From Cenarchaeum sp. (GTDB taxonomy: Archaea; Thermoproteota; Nitrososphaeria; Nitrososphaerales; Nitrosopumilaceae): a stretch of DNA of 64,000 bases. The stretch spans positions 384,001-448,000 of the forward strand of contig OY843768.1 in NCBI GenBank assembly GCA_963693095.2, in the 5' to 3' direction. The notes below the pieces were generated by a model, which worked only from the letters and a program-made list of their open reading frames with translations, did no database searches and was not told the origin of the DNA. Numbering within the stretch: position 1 is the stretch's first letter; every line of letters starts with the position of its first letter. Shown here in pieces: positions 27,547-36,200 of this stretch. Made by a program: the position numbers and the translations under genes.

Positions 27547-28356
27547 CTACCTCCGGAGACTCGATATTATGTGCGAGCCCTTGTTGTTGCCCTCGTATAT
27601 GTACACGCCAACTGCCTCGACGTTGTCTGGCAGGAGCGGCGAGAGACGGCGTATTATCTCGCTTGACAGGTTTTCAACAGTGGCCTCGCCGTCAAGCGCG
27701 TACGTCGTGTCCTTTGGAACGCGCAGGTCAAATGTTCCCTTTGGACCGTCAAACCCAACGCGATAGTGGAGATCGTCCTCGTCTGTCACATACTTGCGGT
27801 TTATGAAGAACTTGTGGTCAAATGCGCCAATGACGCCCCTGACCATCTTTTTTGCCTCTCCAAAGTCCATGAGCAGCCCGTTGCGCGTCTGCCCGACAAG
27901 CTCGACCATCACTGATGACGTGTGGCCATGGAGTATTGAGCACTTTTCGACTAGCGGGAGTATGTGCGCATAGTCAAACGTAAAGGAGCCGTCCTCTATG
28001 AATATCGATCCGGCATCCCCGCTGTCAGTCTGACCATATGACACAATGTCGTCTAGCTCTCCAGCGCGCGCTGCATGGCGCGCATGGCCTATGCCAAGAA
28101 CATTGCCAGAGCCGGACTCCTTTAGCGCATTGTACCTTGCGAGATCCTCGTCAGAGTCGATGACCTCGATGAGCCCGTGCTCTGTCACAAAGTCTGCCCG
28201 CACGGACCCGCTTGGCGTGTCGACATTTTCCCCGTACTTGTAGTCATGCCCCAAAAACTCGAGCATCCTCGCCACGGAGAGCTCTGTTCTCGACCTGAGG
28301 AGGTTCCCCTTTGCGTCGACATACCGAAAGTCCGAGTCTAGGACGGGTTTGGCCAT
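27547..28356 (-). CDS. QueD/6-pyruvoyl-tetrahydropterin synthase family protein with an extra N-terminal domain
   Basis: AHILP..KCSILHGH, MDFG, FDHKF and TVENLS motifs in the C-terminal half; start MAKPVLD. Confidence 0.82.
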   Translation of the reverse strand: MAKPVLDSDFRYVDAKGNLLRSRTELSVARMLEFLGHDYKYGENVDTPSGSVRADFVTEHGLIEVIDSDEDLARYNALKESGSGNVLGIGHARHAARAGELDDIVSYGQTDSGDAGSIFIEDGSFTFDYAHILPLVEKCSILHGHTSSVMVELVGQTRNGLLMDFGEAKKMVRGVIGAFDHKFFINRKYVTDEDDLHYRVGFDGPKGTFDLRVPKDTTYALDGEATVENLSSEIIRRLSPLLPDNVEAVGVYIYEGNNKGSHIISSLRR

Positions 28357-28465
28357 ATCTGAGCGCACGTCCACATGCGTGCGCATATAAAGCCTGCCAC
28401 GGGGAGGCGCTTCGGCGCACACGTCCCGCATGACCGAGCGGGGCGTGTGTGCCGCCGGGCCGCCT

Positions 28466-28747
28466 TCAGGCGCGAAGGGCCTCGAGGCGCCGAGCAAGCT
28501 CGGTGTCGTTTGCCGTTATCCCGCCGGCGTCATGCGTCATGAGCTCGACTGTGAGGCGGTTGTAGACGTTGGCCCACTCGGGATGGTGGTTCATCCTCTC
28601 GATCTCCATGGACGCCCTGGCCATAAACCCAAACGCCTCGTTAAACGAGGCAAACTCGTACTCTTTGTGGAGCTTGCCGTCCCTGACGGACCACCCGTCA
28701 AGGTCCCTGACGGCCGCCTCGATCTCCTGCTCCGTGAGCCTCTCCAC
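28466..28747 (-). CDS. phhB: Pterin-4-alpha-carbinolamine dehydratase
   Basis: NHHPEW..VYN and THDAGGIT..D motifs. Confidence 0.93.
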   Translation of the reverse strand: MERLTEQEIEAAVRDLDGWSVRDGKLHKEYEFASFNEAFGFMARASMEIERMNHHPEWANVYNRLTVELMTHDAGGITANDTELARRLEALRA

Positions 28748-28942
28748 GGGCGCAGGGCAGGAGCCTTCCCTTATGTGCCTTCAGCCGCCCCCTGCGCCCA
28801 TGGGCAGGATTTTGCGATTCTGCGCATATAGGCCGCCATCGCCTGCGTGCTGCGGCGCACCACCCCGTTTTTATCAACTTTTTACAATATTTAGTCTAAC
28901 AATCCCAACCAATCCGATTTAAGAAAAATTAAGGACTCGGCT

Positions 28943-29965
28943 TTGCCATTGGCAAGGGCGAAAAAGGTCACAAAACGGCGCAAGGGCGCCACGCGCAGAA
29001 AGACGACTGCGCGTCGCAGGCCAGTACGCCGTGGGGCCACGACGCGCCGCCGGAGCGCCACTCGCAAAAAGGCGACTACCAGGAGATCAGCACGCCGTGG
29101 GGCCACGACGCGCCGCCGGAGCGCCACTCGCAAAAAGGCGACTAGGGGCAGCAGTGTGGCCAAAAAAAGGTATCGTTCGGCCATAGCGTACCGCCTCCGC
29201 GAGATTCCGATAAAGCAGGTCAAGGTGTGGCGTGACGCGCAGGCGCGCAAGCTAGACAGGGACGGCATTGCCGAGCTCGCAAAGTCGATAAAGCATGACG
29301 GCCTGCAAAACCCGCCAATGGTCCAAAAGAGCGGACCTGGCCAGTACCTGCTAATGTCCGGCCAGCGCAGGCTCGCGGCCCTAAAGAGGCTGCGCGCCAA
29401 GAATATACCCGCACTCGTGCTCACAAAACAGTCCGCATATGACCTCGGTGACGCAAAGGCCGCATCAGTAGTCGAGAACCTTCACCGCAGGGGCATGAAG
29501 TCTCGCGACATGGCGTCTGCGTGCGCGTTTCTCGCCGAGCGCATGCCAAAGACGCGTGCGGCGCAGATGCTTGGAATATCAATGCCGACGTTCAAAAAGC
29601 TCCACGGGTTCGCCGGCGTGCCCGAGGCGCTAAAGTCACTCACGCCAAAGACGATCTCGCGTGATGACGCCACAAACCTGTACCAGGTCGCGCCAAGCAT
29701 CGCCAATGCGATAAAGATCGCCGAAAAGATCACAAAGCTTGACGCGCCAACACGGCGCCGATACATAAAGGCGTACGCGCGCAGTCCGCGCTCCTCGCAC
29801 AAGACGCTCCTAAAGCGCGCGCGCGTCATGGTTGCGCAGCAAAAGGTTCGCCTACAGCTCACAAAGGGCAACGCGCGCAAGCTTGCAACGCGCTCAAGAC
29901 GCCAGGATGTGACTCCTGACGAGCTCGCCGGCGAGATTGTAGCAAAGTGGCTTCGTTCCCACTAG
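28943..29965 (+). CDS. ParB/Srx-domain protein with an Arg/Lys-rich histone-H1-like N-terminal tail
   Basis: ELAKSIKHDGLQNPPMV...YLLMSGQRRLAA...VVENLHR followed by an HTH; basic repeats in the first ~75 aa. Confidence 0.85.
   Translation: MPLARAKKVTKRRKGATRRKTTARRRPVRRGATTRRRSATRKKATTRRSARRGATTRRRSATRKKATRGSSVAKKRYRSAIAYRLREIPIKQVKVWRDAQARKLDRDGIAELAKSIKHDGLQNPPMVQKSGPGQYLLMSGQRRLAALKRLRAKNIPALVLTKQSAYDLGDAKAASVVENLHRRGMKSRDMASACAFLAERMPKTRAAQMLGISMPTFKKLHGFAGVPEALKSLTPKTISRDDATNLYQVAPSIANAIKIAEKITKLDAPTRRRYIKAYARSPRSSHKTLLKRARVMVAQQKVRLQLTKGNARKLATRSRRQDVTPDELAGEIVAKWLRSH
29026..29144 (+). repeat. 53-bp exact direct repeat (66-bp period) inside the basic tail
   Basis: ACGCCGTGGGGCCACGACGCGCCGCCGGAGCGCCACTCGCAAAAAGGCGACTA at 29026-29078 and 29092-29144. 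Confidence 0.9.
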
Positions 29966-30312
29966 AATATACCGAACTTGCTAGTCTCCATCTCTTCCTT
30001 TATCGCAAGCTTGAAGCGCGGGGACTTCTTGCCTACCCTGGTCTCTAGGAGCTTTAGGAACTTTTTGTCGGTTCCCTTTCCCTTTAGCGACTCAAAGTCG
30101 GCTCCCATCTGCCCGGCCACCCTGTGGACCATGTTCCTCGTGACGCTAACGACGAAAAAGTGCCATCCGAACGCAAACTCCGAGTCTGTTATGCGAAACT
30201 CGTCCTTTGCGTGGACCGACTCCTCTAGCATGCCTAGCTCTAGTCGCAGCGCCTTGCTCGTGGCGTCATAGTCGACTGCCGAGACGTTGATGTTCAGCGC
30301 GTCGTGCATCAC
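29962..30312 (-). CDS. Conserved thaumarchaeal hypothetical protein
   Basis: Clean 116-aa ORF; shares a CTAG stop with the ParB-like gene. Confidence 0.7.
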   Translation of the reverse strand: MMHDALNINVSAVDYDATSKALRLELGMLEESVHAKDEFRITDSEFAFGWHFFVVSVTRNMVHRVAGQMGADFESLKGKGTDKKFLKLLETRVGKKSPRFKLAIKEEMETSKFGIF

Positions 30313-30560
30313 GCAGGCGCGCCAAACGCGGCATTAAATTGCTTTGTGGGCATGCCTGCAGTGGCACGCCTGCCGCAGGCGCCGTGTGGACTCGGGCGGC
30401 AGGGGTATGGGCTCAGCACCAGCGGCTCATTTGGTCAGGTGGGCGCGATCTGGTCGTTCTACTAGTCGTGGGGGCACCTGCATGAGAATGAGCTGGAGTG
30501 ATGTCCGCCTTATATTGTGGGGGCTGAACATTTATTAAGTCCGTAGGGTTGTCTTGTCCC

Positions 30561-30710
30561 ATGGAAAACGACGAGTGCTCCAGCACTGAGTCTACGGTTG
30601 AGGCGAACCCTGAAAAACCTGAACGGCTAACGTTCGGCAAGATGAGGTTTGCAAGTGCCAAGGATCGTGCACGTCTTGCAGAACGCGCGGATAATAAATC
30701 AGGGTCGTAG
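30561..30710 (+). CDS. 49-aa peptide at the head of a low-GC islet
   Basis: MENDECSSTESTVEANPEKPERLTFGKMRFASAKDRARLAERADNKSGS*; TTTATTAA at 30531-30538; stop lies 2 nt before the next ATG. Confidence 0.5.
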   Translation: MENDECSSTESTVEANPEKPERLTFGKMRFASAKDRARLAERADNKSGS

Positions 30711-30712
30711 CA

Positions 30713-31345
30713 ATGGCTTCCCAGGGTGATCCGAATAACGTGGAACGTTCCACATCTAGTGTTGTTCACCCATCTTTTTTCGAAGTGCTCTGGAGGGTCG
30801 TAGCGTTGGCTCAGTGGAATGTGGAGCGCATCAACGACAAGGCAAAGGCCACTCTTGGAACAGGGGCGACGACTTTGTCCATCCTTGTTATCGCGATAGT
30901 GGGCTTTGCGACAATTCTTGATGGGGATCTTTCCAATCTTGCCCCGCTTACCCAATTGCCCACGTGGGCGCAGAACCTTATCTATGGTTGCGTATTTTTG
31001 GGGGTGGTTTTTATCCTGCTGTCTGTAGGATTTGCTACTATGTCCCTACGTACATTTCAGGTATATGATCCTGTGGTCTATGAGGATTTTACAAAACATA
31101 GAACCGGTGATGGAGAAATTGATATCGACATTTTGAAAAAATATTCTGCGATGCCCCCTAATGTCGTTTCTGCAATACAAGAGGCGTATATTCGTAGATT
31201 GCGCGAGCTGGGAGCGAATATAGATAACATATCTCGACACCTTCACCGTAGCCAACGGCTCTTGCTCTTTGGCCTTACGGCAATTGGCACTTCACTACTG
31301 CTGATCTTGGGAAACCTGCTCGCAATTTCAATTTTTGGAACATGA
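30713..31345 (+). CDS. Three-TM membrane protein, loosely PycTM/DUF5706-like
   Basis: ERINDKAKATLG-TM1, TM2 ending in LR, a soluble loop, an amphipathic helix, then TM3; AT-richer codons than its neighbours. Confidence 0.6.
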   Translation: MASQGDPNNVERSTSSVVHPSFFEVLWRVVALAQWNVERINDKAKATLGTGATTLSILVIAIVGFATILDGDLSNLAPLTQLPTWAQNLIYGCVFLGVVFILLSVGFATMSLRTFQVYDPVVYEDFTKHRTGDGEIDIDILKKYSAMPPNVVSAIQEAYIRRLRELGANIDNISRHLHRSQRLLLFGLTAIGTSLLLILGNLLAISIFGT

Positions 31346-31606
31346 TCGCCTTACCTGTGCGGCCTCTTGATGTCGACGCTTTCAGCATGCGACACACGGG
31401 ATTCTGGTGCGCTCTGCCCTGTCGCCTCTGGCAGGATGCCTGCTGATCTCGCGCGCATGGGCGGACTCTGCCGTGCTAGAGCCGGCATCACCATGGCACG
31501 AATCGGAGAGATTGCGCCTATCTGACCAAAAAGCGCATGGATGCCCTGCCCCGTGCCCACGCATGGCCGGAAAGGGATTAATACGCCATGCCCGTGCGCC
31601 TGACGC

Positions 31607-32122
31607 ATGGCGCCTGTCTATGAGGATCCCTTCATCAAGATCGCCACGATGATAGGGGGCGACGAGTACCACAAGGTGGCCCGCTCGCTCCTAAAGTCGA
31701 TCGACGCGACTGACGAGGAGATTGCGAGCTCGACTGGCCTGAGGATAAACCTTGTCCGCAAGATACTCTATGACCTATTTGGCAAGTCGCTCATAAGCGG
31801 CGTGCGCGTCAAGGACGAAAAGAAGGGCTGGTTTGTCTACCGCTGGCGCTCTAGGCGCGAGGAGGTCGAGGGGTTCATCGAGAACCAAAAGAAAAAGATA
31901 GTCGACCGCCTCGAGCACCGCTTTTCATACGAGAGCGGATCAGAGTTTTACCACTGTGGCAACGAGGACTGCCGCAGGGTGACCTTTGAGGACGCGCTGG
32001 AGGCCATGTTCAAGTGCCCCTCATGCAGCAAGATACTCGAGTCCAAGGACAACGAGCGCGTAAAGCGATCCCTCACCTTAAAGATCGACGAGATAAAGGG
32101 CGACATGCAGCGCACATTCTAG
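31607..32122 (+). CDS. tfe: Transcription factor E alpha
   Basis: wHTH (TDEEIASSTGLRINLVRKILYDL, GWFVYRW) plus a Zn ribbon (CGNEDC..FKCPSC). Confidence 0.93.
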   Translation: MAPVYEDPFIKIATMIGGDEYHKVARSLLKSIDATDEEIASSTGLRINLVRKILYDLFGKSLISGVRVKDEKKGWFVYRWRSRREEVEGFIENQKKKIVDRLEHRFSYESGSEFYHCGNEDCRRVTFEDALEAMFKCPSCSKILESKDNERVKRSLTLKIDEIKGDMQRTF

Positions 32123-32169
32123 CGCATGGGGACTTTAAGTTTATTATGTCCAACCTGCGGCCACGTGCG

Positions 32170-32259
32170 ATGATGAAGGGATTTGGCTGGTGGATCGCAA
32201 TGATCGCCGGAGCGGCCATCACGTACTATGGGGCCTCGATTCTCCTGCCGTGGAAGTAG
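32170..32259 (+). CDS. 29-aa membrane microprotein
   Basis: MMKGFGWWIAMIAGAAITYYGASILLPWK*; AT-rich TTTAAGTTTATTA promoter-like stretch about 25-35 nt upstream. Confidence 0.6.
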   Translation: MMKGFGWWIAMIAGAAITYYGASILLPWK

Positions 32260-32322
32260 GCGCGTGCGCACGGGCCCCGTGGCGCCCATCAGAAACCATT
32301 ATTAGCAAACGCCTGCGACGCC

Positions 32323-32676
32323 GTGCCGATGAGGGTCTTTGACGGGCGCAAGGCAGCCGACGACTACATGTCGGCGCACACGCTGGCATTCTCGACTCCC
32401 GAGCTCACGCTCAAGCGGTTTGCCTTTTGGCTTGCCGACATGGTGCCTGATCCGGCCGGCAGCGGCGGCAGCGTTCCGCGAATCGACACGTTCGTCGAGG
32501 AGAAGGACTTTGAGCCCGTCAGGGTCGTCGATGACGACAAGTACACGCCGTCTGGCGCGGTTCTTGCGTCCTCGATGTATGGTGACCCGTCTGCCTCTGC
32601 AAAGTTTTGCGCCGAGTGCGGCTCTAAGGTGTCTGATGGCGCAAAGTTTTGCGCCGCGTGCGGAACTGCGGCCTAG
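32323..32676 (+). CDS. Zinc-ribbon domain protein
   Basis: C-terminal FCAECG...AKFCAACG. Confidence 0.8.
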   Translation: MPMRVFDGRKAADDYMSAHTLAFSTPELTLKRFAFWLADMVPDPAGSGGSVPRIDTFVEEKDFEPVRVVDDDKYTPSGAVLASSMYGDPSASAKFCAECGSKVSDGAKFCAACGTAA

Positions 32677-33224
32677 GGCGAGAGGCTAGAGCCGCAGCCA
32701 GTGCAAAACTTTGCGCCAGGTCTCGTCTCCCTGCCGCATGATCCGCACCTGTTCTGCGGACTCGCAACTAGTGAGGGATCCGGCGTCGGCAGCGTGCCCG
32801 GCGATGTGAATGCCTCGCCGGCAGACACGATGCTAGGCGGCGCGCCGCCAACGGGGTTTGATGCGGTTCCGGCCCTTCCGTCCATTCCCATGCCTGCCAT
32901 GCCGGGTGGCATTCCAGGCTGCATGCCGCCGGGCTGCATTCCGCCCGGCATTATGCGCTGGGGCCCACCGCCCTGCCCTGCGCCGGCTCCGCGATCCAGT
33001 GCCTTTTTGAGCTCAAACATTGCCTTTATCGAGAGGAACTCTAGTGCCGAGCACGCCACAAGATAGTCGCCCATCTTGCCAAAGAACTCGCGTTCCTCCA
33101 TCTTGCCGGCCTTGTATAGCGTGTTGGCATCGAGGAACGACTCGTAATATCCCTGTGACTCGTTGAGCAGGTTGTCAAGCTTTTCAAAGAGCATGCTGAG
33201 CGTGTCGACCTCGCCGTACGACAT
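32673..33224 (-). CDS. Zinc-ribbon domain protein with a G/M/P-rich linker
   Basis: Start MSYGEVDT; helical N-terminal domain, MQPGG repeats and C-terminal CGSCG...AKFCTGCG. Confidence 0.8.
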   Translation of the reverse strand: MSYGEVDTLSMLFEKLDNLLNESQGYYESFLDANTLYKAGKMEEREFFGKMGDYLVACSALEFLSIKAMFELKKALDRGAGAGQGGGPQRIMPGGMQPGGMQPGMPPGMAGMGMDGRAGTASNPVGGAPPSIVSAGEAFTSPGTLPTPDPSLVASPQNRCGSCGRETRPGAKFCTGCGSSLSP

Positions 33225-33286
33225 GGCGCTCGGGCGACGAGCTGCCGTATTAATACCTAGTCTAGACGTGGGCAACACTGCGGGCA

Positions 33287-36200
33287 GTGGGCGGCTTGGG
33301 CGCCGGCCCACACGCGTGGCCTATATGCCCTGTTGCGCAAGGTGGGTTTTTAACCACGTTGATCACGGTGTCTTTGTTAACGTTGCTGGTCACGCACATT
33401 TCGACTGTTTTTGCATTGGCTGCCATCGTGGCAGTCGGTGCGCTCTCATGGGCGGATCTCGTTGACGCCCAGGCGCCCGAGGACTCTGCGATCCCGGGCT
33501 CATACGGGCTTGACTTCTCCAGGATGCGCATGTCGTCCCTTGGCGACACGCACAGGATATACGTTGGCCTGGCAAGCGAGCCGGCGGCCAACAGCCCTCT
33601 GCGCATACTCGTTGAGTTTACCGACACGGCCGGACGGCCTGTATCAAACGTCAACTATGACGTCACGGTCTCCCAGCGCGGCTCTGACCTCGTGGTGCTT
33701 CGAAACGAGCACGATGACAATTATGACCTGCGCCCAATAGAGGTCACGACTCGCCCGCTGCCATTTGGGGCGCCTGTTGATGTCACTATAATGTTTCATG
33801 GGTTTGGCAATGTGGGTTCTGAGCTGCGTGGCCCGACAGGAACGACCATTGGGTTTAGGCAGGTTCGCACAGTCACGGACATCACGCAGGTGGGCGCCGT
33901 GGTGTGGCTTCAGGACATGTATCCGGCGCCAGGCGGCGCAGTTGTGAGGGTGACTGACTCTGACATGAACAGGGATCGCCTTGTGGCTGACAGGCTTTCA
34001 TTGCGCATATTCTCGGCCTCTGACCCAACGGGCGTGGCTGTGAGTGCCGTGGAGACTGGAGCCAACACGGGAGAGTTTGATGCGGCCATCACGACGATCA
34101 CGTCTGGCCGATCATCAGGCTCAACACTATATGTCTCGCAGGGTGACAAGATCACGGCGCGCTATGATGACCAGAGCGTTCCGAGCGCAGGCGCCTCGTC
34201 GATCAGGGTTGAGGGTGACATGGTCATAGGCGAGTTTGTCCCATACCTTGAGCGCGTGAAGATCAGCGACGTGAACATAACGGACAAGTCCAGCAACGCC
34301 GCTACGCGCGAACCGACGGGGGAGCCAATACTGATCTCCAGCACAATCACAAACTCGCTGGGGATCGACCAAAAATATGCCTACGTTGTCCAGGTGAACG
34401 ATGCGGATGACTCTACGGTGTCGCTCACATGGTCGAGCGGAACGTTACGATCGGGACAGACGACTAGCCCGTCCTCGTCATGGGTTCCGTCATCTGCCGG
34501 AGAGCACATCGTGTCAGTCTTTGTGTGGCGGTCCATAGATGATCCTGTGCCGCTCTCCGCCGAGGCGAGCTCGCGCCTGACCATAGTGGGAGGAACGGGG
34601 CCCGGCGGCGCCGTTGAGCCGCACTCTAGGTTTGTCCCCTACATGGTGCAGGGTGATGACCCACAGGTCTATGTGGATCGCTATGACAGCGATCCGGCGT
34701 ACAGGGCATGGTTTGATTCGGGATTTCCGGATCTCACGATATGGCGAGCCGTCGGGCTTGCAGACACGGCTCCGCCGCCCCCTCCGCCGCCGCCCTCCAC
34801 CACACAGCGCGGCACGCCGGATCCCGCGTTTGCGCCGTTCATGTCCTCGAGTGTGGATCCGCAGGTCTATGTCGACCGATACAACTCGGACAGGTCATAC
34901 AGGGAATGGTTTGACACAAACTTTGCAGGACTTACCATACGGCAGGCCGTTGGCCTAGATCGGGTGGACGGCGCCGCTGATGCCCCAATTGAGCTCCGCG
35001 TCAGCAGGGACACCTACACCGTGGGCAGCTCTGTGCTCCTGGCTGGCACGGTCAACGAGAGGATCGCAGGCTCGGCGACGTTTGTGCGCGTCTTTGCGCC
35101 AAACGGCGACCTTTACGAAATTTCACAGGCCAATCTCCGCGATGACGGGAGATTCGTGCACACGATCACGACTACGCCCACATGGGTGTCTGGCAAGTAC
35201 ACAATAGAGGTCTCACATGCGTCCGAGATTGCCAGGGTGACAGTGGACATAACCGGCGGCGCACAGTTGCCTAGGGCGAACACTGCAATATCGATTGACA
35301 CTGACATGGCGTCCTACGTGTCAGGACAAATAGTTGCCGTGCGTGGGTCAGTCAACGAGCTATCGCCTAGCGCGGCAGTCACAATATCGGTAAAGTCGCC
35401 TGACGGGATACTTGTGGTTGTGGATCAGATCACTCCGTCAAAAGACAACACGTTTGCCACATCGTTCCACACTTTTGGCTGGGCGTGGAACAGTTCTGGA
35501 ACGTACACGATAACTGCCCGCTATGGTTCTAGCGCAATGGCAGAGGCCACAATACAGTTTACAAACCGTGCTGTGCCCGTGAGCGCGATAACGCTCAGCG
35601 CTGACCGTGCCTCCTACGCAGCCGATGACGTGGTCACTATAACAGGAGCCGTTGCAAACGTCGCGCATGGCGCGCTCACCCTAGTCGTCACGGCACCTGA
35701 CGGAAACCGTGTGCTTTTGACACAGCCCAATCTCGACGCGAACAACCGGTTCAAGACGACGTTTACGGCCGGTGGTTCCCTGTGGGAAAACCCCGGAACA
35801 TACACGGTAAAGGTGACCTATGGCCCAACAGGCTCACTCACAGCACAGACGACCATAGAGTATGCCGGAGGCGTGCCTGCCCAGGAACAAGCTCCTAGGC
35901 CACGATCCGCCATAGACTCCACACTAGCAGGAATAGTGTTTGATATCACCGGCGGCGAGGTAATCAGCATAGCCCGGGGAGCAAGCGGCAGCCCGTCCAT
36001 TGAAATACTGATCGACGCCACTGATGATGGCAAATTGACTCTCGGCGTGCCAAGAATCGTGCTTGACTCTAGGACAGAGGGTGCCGAGGGCGATGACGTT
36101 CCCTTTAGCGTTCTGATCGACGGCGAGATAGTCGATGCAGTCGAGTCTAACAGTATCATGACACGCACACTCATCATTGACTTCTCTGCAGATGATAGGC

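Noticed and set aside
8088-32676. TAG recoding (pyrrolysine or readthrough)
   Set aside because: TAG codons fall at the expected C-termini of well-conserved proteins, and no pyl genes or internal TAGs were seen.
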